NCBI GenBank assembly: GCA_028689435.1
Contig: JAQTWD010000001.1
Coordinates: forward strand, 96-64,095
DNA: 64,000 bases
Source of the DNA: Minisyncoccota bacterium
Lineage (GTDB): Bacteria; Patescibacteriota; Minisyncoccia; Phycocordibacterales; UBA12079
Direction of reading: 5' to 3'
Every line of letters begins with the position of its first letter. Position 1 is the first letter of the stretch. The position numbers and the translations under genes are program-made. The notes beneath the pieces are model-generated. The model was not told the origin of the DNA, made no database searches, and saw only the letters and a program-made list of their open reading frames with translations. Of the stretch, positions 17,188 through 26,289 are shown piece by piece.

Positions 17188-18534
17188 TTATTTTATACCA
17201 CATCCAAACAAAAATTGAGCGACCTTTCCTCCTTCTCTCGGAGCAACTGCTAACAAGAATGTCCTGCTAACTGTTAAAGCGGTAAACATACTTATCATAA
17301 CTCCGATTCCAAATGTCAAAGCAAAACCTTGTACCGAAGATGTTCCTAACCAAAACAAAATTATTGCAGTAATGATACTTGAAATGTTTGAGTCACGAAT
17401 TGAAAGCCATGCTCTCGCAAAACCTTCTTTAATTGCAGACTCAATATCTCTACCATTTCTCAACTCTTCTTTAATTCTTTCAAAAACCAAAACGTTGGCA
17501 TCTACCGCCATACCAATAGACATAATAAATCCAGCGATACCAGCAGATGTTAGTGTCACAGGAATCACTTTAAACAAAGCGAGCATTATGACAACATAAA
17601 ATGTAAGTGACAAAACTGAAAGAAGACCCGGAAGTCTATACCAGAAAAACATAAATACAACAATCGCAATCAATCCATAAATACCAGCATTGATACCCTT
17701 GTTCATAACATTTTCTCCCAAAGATGCACCAATATTTTGTGTTGAAACAAGTTCAATCGGAACAGGTAATGCGCCATAGTTTAGATTTTTAACCAATTCT
17801 TTTGCTTCTTCCAATGTAAAGCCACCAGAAATCTCGGCCTTTCCGTCTCTAATTTCAGAACGAACAACAGGAGTAGTAATTGGTTGTCCATCCAAATAAA
17901 TAGCGACTACTTTATTCAAATTTTCTTTTGTGATTTGAGCAAACAAATCTTTTCCTTCTGCATTAAATGACAAAAGAACAATCGGCTCTCCTGTATTTGG
18001 ATCAAAAATCAACTGAGATTTTTCCAAATAACGACCAGTCAAATTTGTACTTTGATAAGGGTCTTCTAAAGCCAAAGGATCTATACCAGATGTGTCTTCT
18101 CCATTTTGTGTTTTTTCATACAACTCTCTCTGAGCAGAAATAATTTCGGCAGTGTTTGGTTTTTCTATTTTGAATTCCAACAATGGAGTTTGCCCAATCA
18201 AAGTAACCGCTTGATTAATATCGGTAACGCCTGGCAATTCAACAATCAAACGATGAACATCGCCTGCTTTTTCCACCTGAACCAACGGTTCGGAAACACC
18301 AAACAAGTTTGTTCTTCTTTCAATAACATCTCGCAAGGTAGCCATTGAATCGTTAATACTGCCTGAATCAATATTTGAAATATCAGCCTGGTAAGTAAGT
18401 TGTGTTCCTCCAGCCAAATCAAGTCCTAATTTAAAAGGAAACTTTGAGGTAGGGTCAACCTGCGAATCATAATTAAAATAGCCAATTGAGGCTCCGAGTA
18501 ATATTAAAACAATTGCGATTATTCTCATTTTCAT
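17188..18534 (-). CDS. secD: protein translocase subunit SecD
   Basis: The ORF track frame opens at 18606. The likely start is MKMRIIAIV at 18534. Motifs LGLDLAGG and VDANVLVFERIKEE. Confidence 0.9.
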   Translation of the reverse strand: MKMRIIAIVLILLGASIGYFNYDSQVDPTSKFPFKLGLDLAGGTQLTYQADISNIDSGSINDSMATLRDVIERRTNLFGVSEPLVQVEKAGDVHRLIVELPGVTDINQAVTLIGQTPLLEFKIEKPNTAEIISAQRELYEKTQNGEDTSGIDPLALEDPYQSTNLTGRYLEKSQLIFDPNTGEPIVLLSFNAEGKDLFAQITKENLNKVVAIYLDGQPITTPVVRSEIRDGKAEISGGFTLEEAKELVKNLNYGALPVPIELVSTQNIGASLGENVMNKGINAGIYGLIAIVVFMFFWYRLPGLLSVLSLTFYVVIMLALFKVIPVTLTSAGIAGFIMSIGMAVDANVLVFERIKEELRNGRDIESAIKEGFARAWLSIRDSNISSIITAIILFWLGTSSVQGFALTFGIGVMISMFTALTVSRTFLLAVAPREGGKVAQFLFGCGIK

Positions 18535-18607
18535 AGTCTTGTGCGAAACTAACGCGGAATTTAAATTTAATGCGTTAATATTATACCAAAACGAGATTTG
18601 ATGCAAT

Positions 18608-19168
18608 TTATCTGGGTTTTTTGAGGAAAAATCGTCTGATTATGTAAAAACCGACAAAAGAAAGAGCAAAACCACCTAAAATATCCAAAGGCCAGTGAAC
18701 GCCAACAATCACCCTTGCAACACCGATTAAAACAGCACCAATCAACAAAACAGTCGCAAACCATTTTTTTGTATATAGGTAACTCATCAACGCTAGAGTA
18801 GTGAAAAATGTCGTATGTCCGGAAGGAAACGAATCTCCGTTTCCGTGTTCAAACAAAACATTAATATTATCTAATGCTATAAAAGGTCTAGGACTGTAAT
18901 AAAAAAAGTTTATTATTTGAGAAACAAACCAAATCAATACAGCTGAAAAAGAAATAATAAAAAATTCTTTTATTATTTTTTTATCAAAATTTGATTTATA
19001 AAATCTGTAAAAATAAAATACTACAAAAATCCCCACCAAAATGTATGGAAGATATTGAGCAAAAAACAACACCAAGAAATCGATGGTTTCATTTTTACCC
19101 GCAAGATTATTTAAAAAATAAAAAATTTCATAGTTTAAATTCATACAGAAATTTATTATGGCGAACAA
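18608..19168 (-). CDS. PAP2-family phosphatase (undecaprenyl-diphosphatase-like)
   Basis: 186 aa. SFPSGHT ... GVARVIVGVHWPLDILGG PAP2 signature; multiple TM helices. Confidence 0.75.
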   Translation of the reverse strand: MFAIINFCMNLNYEIFYFLNNLAGKNETIDFLVLFFAQYLPYILVGIFVVFYFYRFYKSNFDKKIIKEFFIISFSAVLIWFVSQIINFFYYSPRPFIALDNINVLFEHGNGDSFPSGHTTFFTTLALMSYLYTKKWFATVLLIGAVLIGVARVIVGVHWPLDILGGFALSFVGFYIIRRFFLKKPR

Positions 19169-19184
19169 AGACGAGTGAGGCGGT

Positions 19185-19565
19185 TTAATTAATAGGTTCT
19201 ATCTTGATTTTATTTATTAAAATACTTAACAAATCTTTTACTTTTTCCTGTGCTTCATTTTCGTCTTGACTCGCTACAAATTCTTGCCATTGTTTTAAAA
19301 TATCTTTATCATTCAAATTTCTTACCGCATTTTCAAGCATCAATCTTGTCTCAAAATCAACCTCCGTCTCAGTTTTTAAAACTTTTTCAATAAAAAGTTT
19401 TGTAAAATTTAAAATATCTTCGTTTAACTTTTGATTTTCTAAAACAACTTTTTCTTGATTAAATTCTTTTTGAGACAAAATATATTTTCCTCCAAAAAAT
19501 ACGTTCCCTGCTAACAAAACGATAACGAAAATTATTTGAATATAATTTTTTGATGAAGATATCAT
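19185..19565 (-). CDS. hypothetical membrane-anchored coiled-coil protein
   Basis: 126 aa with an N-terminal TM helix. Confidence 0.5.
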   Translation of the reverse strand: MISSSKNYIQIIFVIVLLAGNVFFGGKYILSQKEFNQEKVVLENQKLNEDILNFTKLFIEKVLKTETEVDFETRLMLENAVRNLNDKDILKQWQEFVASQDENEAQEKVKDLLSILINKIKIEPIN

Positions 19566-19570
19566 AAATT

Positions 19571-21586
19571 TTATTTTATTTTTTGATTAAGTAAATTTTC
19601 CCTAATTTTATCACGATAAAAATTATAGGACAACAAAACGACAACAAACAATAATAAGGCAATTTTCCAATCAAAAATCTTTAACCAGTAATATTTTGAT
19701 TTAAGCTCAATATTCATATGAACACCTCTACCGCTCTCAACCTGAAAATATTCACTTTCATAAACAGAATATCCTTTTGCTTCAGCTTTCAAGTAATACA
19801 TTCCCTCTGGAACCAAAAATGAATATTTGCCTGTAACATCCGTGGTCTGAGGATTTTCTTGTTGATATTCTTTTGCTGGCCATAACACATATTCGTTTGT
19901 GTTTGAATCAAGACGATATATAGAAACAACAACATCAGGAATACGGATTTCCTTTTTGCCAAATTTCTCATAAACATAACCTTCCGGATCAACGACAGCA
20001 ATCAATCTTATTTCTTTTCTGCCCAATTCTTCATCATAAAAATCAAGTACAGTGATAATTTCATATTCACCCTCAACTACGGGCATTTGAATCTCTGCGG
20101 TGTAAATTCCATCCGAATCTGGATCAGTATATTCAAATTCAAGTAATACAAGTTTATTTTCAATTTCTACAATTTCTTTTTGTTCACGAGCAAACACTGG
20201 GTCAGAAAAAACAACAGAGGCCATCAATTCTTGAATTGGAAATGATAATTTTGAAATAATCCCATTCTCGTTGTCAGATTTTGAAATATGATTTTGTGGT
20301 TTTAAAACGACATAACCACGAACACTTTTCACAGGATTTTCTGGTTTAACTGTTAACTGCAAAGGTTTTCCAGAAATCGTCGTTATTTTTTGTTCAATTC
20401 TATTTTTATCATTAAGTGATAAAACTATATCAAAATCAATCATATGTCCAGATGTTTTTGCAAAAACTATTTCCGTAGGAATCTTTTTTTTCTCTTCTAA
20501 GGTCAATTCGCCAATGGGTAAACCTTTCGTCTTGGCAAGAGAAGGTAAAATTAATTTTGCCTCTCTCAATTTTTCAATGTCAGTAAGTTTACGAACACCT
20601 ACTTCTTCAAGAGTTTTTTCAAACTCGGGGAATTTTTGTGCCAAAACTCTAATCTCTTTTGGTAAAGGCGCTAAAACAAATTTTTCAAGAGCAAATGAAG
20701 ACATTAAATCCCATTGTCCTCTCATAGACAAAGGAGTATCTTTTGAAACTAATTTATCAACTGTTTCTTCTGTTTTATCAGTATTAAAAATATTCCAAAT
20801 CGTACCTATAATAGGTGTTTTTTTGATACCTTCAGTAATTTTTTTTGCAACATCACGAGTCACATCTTGAATATCCTTAAAAACATCTTCTAAAATTTCA
20901 GGAACATTCGGAACAATTTCTTCAACAAAATTATTTGGATTTGGAATCAATCCAGAAATAATGCCTCCTCCAAAAACAGGATCTGTCTCGTCATTATCTT
21001 CCAAAGAACCACAACCCTGATCGTTTGGATAATCCACAAGTCCGTCATTGTCATCGTCAAGAGAATTGTTACACTGAGATCTTGCACTTATTGGTCTCCA
21101 ATCTGTTTTTATTTTGTAATCAACAGAACTACAAGAGTCTGTGGTAATACAATTAAAAACAATCCATCCCGTGCTTTCACTATATGCATAACCTGAAAAA
21201 TTACCAGATGTATCAATAGTTACTCCTCCATAATCAGGATTAAAATTTATCCAACCGGTATTTTCACTCCACGCATAACCTGACAAATTTCCATATCCAT
21301 CATTTTCAACAGCATAATCAACAGATGAACAGGAATTATCATTTGAACAATTTAAAGAAACCCAACCAATATTTTCACCCCAAAAATAACCTGTTAAACC
21401 AGAATCACTTACAACTATGTTTCCTTCGCTCGTTCCAAAATTTAACCATCCAACATTTTCTGACCATGCATATTTATAAATAGGATCAACAACACCACTC
21501 GTTGAAGAAGCCAAAGCATCACCACCAAAAGAAATCAGAAAAAACGAAACGAACACTAATAAAGTAATTTTAATATTCTTTTTCAT
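19571..21586 (-). CDS. large secreted repeat protein with C-terminal carboxypeptidase-regulatory-like domain and TM anchor
   Basis: The track frame opens at 21649; the likely start is MKKNIKITLL at 21586. Four GY(A/F)WSEN(V/I/T)GW(L/V/I)NF-type repeats, VTGKYSFLVPEGMYYLKAEAKGY, and a C-terminal TM helix. Confidence 0.7.
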   Translation of the reverse strand: MKKNIKITLLVFVSFFLISFGGDALASSTSGVVDPIYKYAWSENVGWLNFGTSEGNIVVSDSGLTGYFWGENIGWVSLNCSNDNSCSSVDYAVENDGYGNLSGYAWSENTGWINFNPDYGGVTIDTSGNFSGYAYSESTGWIVFNCITTDSCSSVDYKIKTDWRPISARSQCNNSLDDDNDGLVDYPNDQGCGSLEDNDETDPVFGGGIISGLIPNPNNFVEEIVPNVPEILEDVFKDIQDVTRDVAKKITEGIKKTPIIGTIWNIFNTDKTEETVDKLVSKDTPLSMRGQWDLMSSFALEKFVLAPLPKEIRVLAQKFPEFEKTLEEVGVRKLTDIEKLREAKLILPSLAKTKGLPIGELTLEEKKKIPTEIVFAKTSGHMIDFDIVLSLNDKNRIEQKITTISGKPLQLTVKPENPVKSVRGYVVLKPQNHISKSDNENGIISKLSFPIQELMASVVFSDPVFAREQKEIVEIENKLVLLEFEYTDPDSDGIYTAEIQMPVVEGEYEIITVLDFYDEELGRKEIRLIAVVDPEGYVYEKFGKKEIRIPDVVVSIYRLDSNTNEYVLWPAKEYQQENPQTTDVTGKYSFLVPEGMYYLKAEAKGYSVYESEYFQVESGRGVHMNIELKSKYYWLKIFDWKIALLLFVVVLLSYNFYRDKIRENLLNQKIK

Positions 21587-21661
21587 AATCATAACAATTA
21601 TTGATATTGTAACATAAATAATAAATCTAAAACAAACAATTATCACCAAAAAAATATACCT

Positions 21662-22891
21662 GTGGATAATTCAAATATTACAAATAAACACAAAAAAGAG
21701 TGCCGAAAACAAGATTTATTCTCATTTAGAAATCTTTTAAAAGCATATTATCAATGCAGAAAAAGAAAAAGAAAGACGGTCAACGCATCAAAATTTGAAC
21801 TTGATTTTGAGAATGAATTATTAAGACTTGAAAAAGAACTAACGAACAAAACATACAAAATAGGTAATTCTATCTGTTTTGTTGTAACATATCCAACACC
21901 ACGAGAAATATTTGCGGCAGATTTTAAAGACAGAATTGTGCACCATCTTTTTATAAACCATATAGAAAAAATCTGGAATAAAAAATTTATTCATCATTCT
22001 TATGCTTGCAGAAAAAACAAAGGAGCACATGAAGCTATCAAAGATTTAAGAAAAACTCTCAGAAAAATAAGCTGTGATTTTTCCTGCCCTGTATATTATT
22101 TACAAGTTGATATTTCTGCATTTTTTATGTCTTTAAAAAAAGATATTCTTTTTGATTTAATTTGCAAACACTTAAAAAATCCTCAATTATTATGGCTAGC
22201 AAAACAAATTATTTTTCACGATCCAACCAAAGATTTTTATTGCAAAAGTGATAAAAAACTTTTTGAATTAATTCCAGACCATAAATCGCTTTTTAAAGTA
22301 CCTTGTAGACAAGGACTTCCTATTGGAAATCTTACATCTCAATTTTTTGCAAATATATATATGAATGAGCTAGACCAATTTGCCAAACACAATCTAAAAA
22401 TAAAATATTATTTTCGTTATGTTGATGATATTTTAATAATTGATGAAGATCCAAAACAACTAGAAAATTGGAAGAATCAAATAAATATTTTTCTCAAAAC
22501 AAAATTAGAAATTCACTTGCATCCAAAAAAATCAAAATTAAGATCTATTTATAAAGGAATAAATTTTGTCGGATTTATTATAAAACCAAATTATTTGATT
22601 ATTAGAAAAAGAACAATATCAAATTTAAAAAGAAAATTGTGGCAATTTAATCAATTTTTTGTAAAAAAAGATTATATTATTTCAAAAAATCAACTTGAAA
22701 AAATTTTGGCCGTTATCAATTCTTATTATGGACATTTTAAACATGCAAATACTTACAATCTTAAGAAATCTATTTATCAAAAACATTTTAAAAAATTAGA
22801 AAAATATATTGTACCCGCAAATGAAAATTTTGATTATTTTGAATTAAAATCTTCTCACACTACAAAAAATAGTTTTAGCAAAAATAAATAA
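21662..22891 (+). CDS. diversity-generating retroelement reverse transcriptase
   Basis: 409 aa. PREIFAADFKDRIVHHL, QGLPIGNLTSQFFANIY (DGR-type IGNxxSQ rather than group-II QGxxxSP), catalytic YVDD. TR and VR lie within 3.5 kb. Confidence 0.85.
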   Translation: MDNSNITNKHKKECRKQDLFSFRNLLKAYYQCRKRKRKTVNASKFELDFENELLRLEKELTNKTYKIGNSICFVVTYPTPREIFAADFKDRIVHHLFINHIEKIWNKKFIHHSYACRKNKGAHEAIKDLRKTLRKISCDFSCPVYYLQVDISAFFMSLKKDILFDLICKHLKNPQLLWLAKQIIFHDPTKDFYCKSDKKLFELIPDHKSLFKVPCRQGLPIGNLTSQFFANIYMNELDQFAKHNLKIKYYFRYVDDILIIDEDPKQLENWKNQINIFLKTKLEIHLHPKKSKLRSIYKGINFVGFIIKPNYLIIRKRTISNLKRKLWQFNQFFVKKDYIISKNQLEKILAVINSYYGHFKHANTYNLKKSIYQKHFKKLEKYIVPANENFDYFELKSSHTTKNSFSKNK

Positions 22892-22931
22892 AATATTTAT
22901 CAAGTTTATATTTATATAATTTTTAAAAAAA

Positions 22932-22967
22932 TGTTTAAAAATGTAGCGGTCGCGATTTTTTTAAACA
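22932..22967. repeat. hairpin TGTTTAAAAATGTAGC-GGTC-GCGATTTTTTTAAACA
   Basis: First of three near-identical hairpins partitioning the DGR locus (also 23614 and 24171). Confidence 0.7.
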
Positions 22968-23003
22968 AATCGGGAAATACCAGATTACAAAACATACTTA
23001 TTT

Positions 23004-23564
23004 TTAATCAATATCAAAAATCTCTTTTAACCACTTATCATTTTCTAGTTTATCAACAGTCATATAAAGCACATCTTTTCCAAGAAACAAATTAGATTTC
23101 ATTAATATTACTAGTTCTTCACAATCATAAGGAAATATCCAAACACTGTTTTGTAATTTAACAAAACCCAACCTGTCCAATGCAGATCTTAATATATGCC
23201 TTGTTCCTTTTCTACTTTCTTTTATATCAAACATCACCACTCGCCATTTTTTATCCCACCTTTTTGGTTTTTTTATTTCTAAATCTCCTATTTCATATTT
23301 AGCCAACTGTTCTTTCCCTTTTTCTGTTATGCGTAGAAATTTTTTTCCGTTTTTTTCCTCCCAAATCAAATTTCCTTTTTGAATAAGATTTTTTATTGAT
23401 TTATTTAGATAATTTTTTCTATTTCTGGTATCTTTTGAAAACTGTTTAAAAACTTGCAAAATATTTGGTGCCAAAACAGCAATACTGATTAGCCCAACTG
23501 TCGCAACTGTTGTCAAAACTATTTTTTGAATATTTAAATTATTTTTTACTTTTTGATTATTCAT
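23004..23564 (-). CDS. PaaX-like / Cas2-fold domain protein with N-terminal TM helix and winged-helix segment
   Basis: 186 aa. KRWDKKWRVVMFDIKESRKGTRHILRSALDRLGFVKLQNSVWIFP resembles the PaaX C-terminal (Cas2-like) domain. Paralog at 55360..55911. Confidence 0.55.
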   Translation of the reverse strand: MNNQKVKNNLNIQKIVLTTVATVGLISIAVLAPNILQVFKQFSKDTRNRKNYLNKSIKNLIQKGNLIWEEKNGKKFLRITEKGKEQLAKYEIGDLEIKKPKRWDKKWRVVMFDIKESRKGTRHILRSALDRLGFVKLQNSVWIFPYDCEELVILMKSNLFLGKDVLYMTVDKLENDKWLKEIFDID

Positions 23565-23613
23565 GATTATTATTGCGGTTACTATTATTACTATAATAAG
23601 TATACTAAAAAGG

Positions 23614-23649
23614 TGTTTAAAAATGTAGCGGTCGTTATTTTTTTAAACA
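23614..23649. repeat. hairpin TGTTTAAAAATGTAGC-GGTC-GTTATTTTTTTAAACA
   Basis: Second DGR-locus hairpin, upstream of the PaaX-like gene start. Confidence 0.7.
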
Positions 23650-23839
23650 ATATATTTTATATTTTATTATTATTTATTATATATACTTTATTTTAAACAC
23701 CTTATCTTTTATTTGTTTCCGAAAACATTCTATTTTAGATTTGATTTTAGACATTTTTTATAAATTTAAAATATTTTAATTTTCTTGAAAGAGCCGAGTT
23801 TTTATAAAATTTAGAGCATTTTTATTAAAATTATAATAA

Positions 23840-23976
23840 CCTAGCGAACACAACGAGAATCGTTCGCGTTAGTCTTAGCATTGTTGTTCGTGTTCCCGTT
23901 GTTCAAGTTCGTGTTCCAAGCATTCTGAGTAGCGTTAGATTGAGTAGTAGCAGACCAATAGTTGTTGGCGGCGTGG
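23840..23976 (-). repeat. DGR template repeat (TR)
   Basis: 137 nt aligning to 24875-25011. All 13 differences are plus-strand T in TR, which is A on the functional minus strand. The TR reading frame is rich in AAC/AAT codons. Confidence 0.9.
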
Positions 23977-24170
23977 ATTATTTCACTATTTGAAACATAA
24001 CCAAATTAATCTTTATCTAAACAAAGTATAATTTGAAAAAACTTTATACTTATTTAATTTATAAAATAAGTAAGTGAAATCGTGATTAAAATTTTAGCTC
24101 TCTTTTGATGTTCTCAAACAATCAAAACTCTGGCTCTTTCAAAAAAATTATTTTTTAGAATATATTATTA

Positions 24171-24206
24171 TGTTTAAAGATGCAGCAGTCGCAATTTTTT
24201 TAAACA
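24171..24206. repeat. hairpin TGTTTAAAGATGCAGCA-GTC-GCAATTTTTTAAACA
   Basis: Third DGR-locus hairpin, between TR and avd. Confidence 0.65.
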
Positions 24207-24461
24207 TCTTTAATTTAATTAAGCATTATTTAAAATTAAAAGTGTGACTATATTTATGTGGATTGCTTCGTGGTACTGCTTCAAATTTTTTCTCAAAAAA
24301 TTTGAAGTGCTCGCAAAGACGGGGGGATTCGTCGTCTTCGCGAGGAGTGGAACGAAGTGGAGCGACGAAGCGATCCACGTCGTTTGTGTTTTGGGTTCTG
24401 TGATTTGTTTGGTCATCTTTGGAATTTGTGTTTTGTGTTTTGTGTTTCTTCTTGAATTACT

Positions 24462-24824
24462 TCACTGCATTCGCAATGATGACGAAGTAGACCACTCTTT
24501 CCATTTGTTTAGTTGTCTACCTATTTCATCTATTTTTCTAGTCAAAAATTCAAAACCTTTTTGACCCAAAATTTTTAAATCAAAACAAATTCTAATATAG
24601 ATTTTTAATTTTTCTAAAATATTTTGTGCATTTTCAAGGTACATTGTTTTATTTTTAGCAGAATTAGCTGTAACAATCAAATCTAACAAATCAATACTCG
24701 TATTTTTTATTTTCTCTCCTATTGAGTGTCTATGCATTCTTGGAAAATTATTCGCTCTTTTGTGAATTTCCAAAGTCAAATCATACGTAGATTGAAAAAT
24801 CGGTAAATGCTGATAACGAGCCAT
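24462..24824 (-). CDS. avd: DGR accessory variability determinant (Avd; four-helix-bundle, 23S-IVS-protein family)
   Basis: 120 aa. NFPRMHRHSIGEKIKNTSIDLLDLIV parallels the Bordetella phage bAvd IPRKHGVAREMF... region. Located between VR and TR as in canonical DGRs. Confidence 0.75.
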   Translation of the reverse strand: MARYQHLPIFQSTYDLTLEIHKRANNFPRMHRHSIGEKIKNTSIDLLDLIVTANSAKNKTMYLENAQNILEKLKIYIRICFDLKILGQKGFEFLTRKIDEIGRQLNKWKEWSTSSSLRMQ

Positions 24825-24874
24825 ATTTAAAATAGATAAATAATTTAAATAATAAAATTACAAAATAATAATCA

Positions 24875-25011
24875 CCTAGCGAACACAACGAGAATCGTTC
24901 GCGTTAGTCTTAGCACTGGCGTTCGTGTACCCGTTGTACAAGGGCGTGTACCAAGCATTCTGAGTAGCGCTAGATAGAGTAGCAGCAGACCAATAGGTGT
25001 AGGCGGCGTGG
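24875..25011 (-). repeat. DGR variable repeat (VR)
   Basis: 3' end of the target gene. The first 41 nt (including the stop codon) are identical to TR; 13 substitutions follow, only at TR-adenine positions. Confidence 0.9.
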
Positions 25012-26204
25012 GGAAGATTCCCCCAAGAACCATCAATATAAGCCTGCATCAATTCTTTTTGATAAGGGGCACGCCAATTACCGTCCCCTAACAATTTACA
25101 ACCTGTAATGTTTGGGGTACTTGTTGCTGTAACACACTGACAGGCATCGTCACCTGTTGCAGAACAAGCCCCAGGGTTTGCCCAAGTCCCCGGCTCCCAA
25201 CAATTGTTTACCCAAAACCAAGTATGATTTGCTCCTCCATCCAACCAATCAGACCAAATCAAACCTGTGCTATTATCTTGATAACAAATATTTCCTGAAC
25301 AAGCGGTGGAATCGCCTGTTTTACAATAATTGTTCGCAGAGGTACATTGTGTCCAAGATGCAGAAAAAGTATCTGTTGGCATAGTGGTATTGTTGTTGTA
25401 ATCGTCCACACCACCCTTGACCTGAGTATAAAAAGCATAATCAAGAACACTCGTTCCAGCAGTTCCATTTTTTTGATTAACCACAGAAAACATACTCCTA
25501 TTCTCCAAATATTCTAGTCTTTCCAAAATATTTCCATCAGCATTCGCGGTTATTGTAGTTGAGCTATACCCTGTTTGAGAAATTGCGTCTAAATGACCGG
25601 CTCTTTCATCTGTCCATGTCGTCGTTGATAGTGCCGTATCTGATGAAGGAACTTTGTCCCACAGTCTTTTAAACCAACCAAAAATAGTATCTGTGCTTGT
25701 CGCAACAGAAGAACTACCAATATTATAGGCAATACTGCCTTCAACCGGAGTTGTTGATGATGTTGAGCTGGAAACAAGAAATCTTAAATCTGAATTAATA
25801 AAATCTAGATATCCAGCTCTCGTATCTGTCCATGTTGTTGTTGAAAGAGCAGTATCAGAAGATGCTCTTGATGAAATAGTAGTATTTAGATTATCTACAA
25901 TCAATTTACCAACACTATCAACGGTGGTTAATTCGGAAACACTTTTATTCCAAATACCAGAAACCAAACCTGCTATTGAATCACTAATTGCCTCCAAACT
26001 ATCTGTTGTTCTGTCAAAAGTATTATTAACATCTTTGGCTGTCATTTCCAAAATTGTCCACATGGTAGAAGCTGGGCTGGAAGAGGGGGTCAGAGACCCT
26101 GCTCTTACAACAGTCGAAACGGCAAAAGAAGATACCAAAACAATAGCCAAGACTTTTGAAAGATTTTGTATGCCCATTTTTATAAATCTATTCTTATTTT
26201 TCAT
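24876..26204 (-). CDS. DGR target protein: secreted/anchored, C-terminal DUF1566 / C-type-lectin (FGE-like) fold
   Basis: 442 aa. N-terminal signal/TM, internal duplication SSDTALSTTTWTD(T/E)RAG(Y/H)LD, C-terminus NWRAPYQKEL...NDSRCVR carrying the VR. Confidence 0.8.
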   Translation of the reverse strand: MKNKNRFIKMGIQNLSKVLAIVLVSSFAVSTVVRAGSLTPSSSPASTMWTILEMTAKDVNNTFDRTTDSLEAISDSIAGLVSGIWNKSVSELTTVDSVGKLIVDNLNTTISSRASSDTALSTTTWTDTRAGYLDFINSDLRFLVSSSTSSTTPVEGSIAYNIGSSSVATSTDTIFGWFKRLWDKVPSSDTALSTTTWTDERAGHLDAISQTGYSSTTITANADGNILERLEYLENRSMFSVVNQKNGTAGTSVLDYAFYTQVKGGVDDYNNNTTMPTDTFSASWTQCTSANNYCKTGDSTACSGNICYQDNSTGLIWSDWLDGGANHTWFWVNNCWEPGTWANPGACSATGDDACQCVTATSTPNITGCKLLGDGNWRAPYQKELMQAYIDGSWGNLPHAAYTYWSAATLSSATQNAWYTPLYNGYTNASAKTNANDSRCVR

Positions 26205-26289
26205 ATAACTTTATTTATTAAATAACTAGTAATTGGAAATTTTTTAATTATAGTTATTATTATATTACACATAAACAAAATTATCCAAG

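Noticed and set aside
21662-22891. RT as a retron or group-II intron reverse transcriptase
   Set aside because: The motif is IGNLTSQ rather than QGxxxSP. There is no maturase/X domain, no flanking intron RNA domains and no msr/msd-like inverted repeats. A cognate TR/VR pair and avd are adjacent.
24462-24824. Interpreting the four-helix-bundle gene as an rRNA intervening-sequence protein linked to the intron-rich 23S
   Set aside because: It lies 6 kb from the rRNA genes and exactly between VR and TR. That position, and its similarity to bAvd segments, favour the DGR accessory role.
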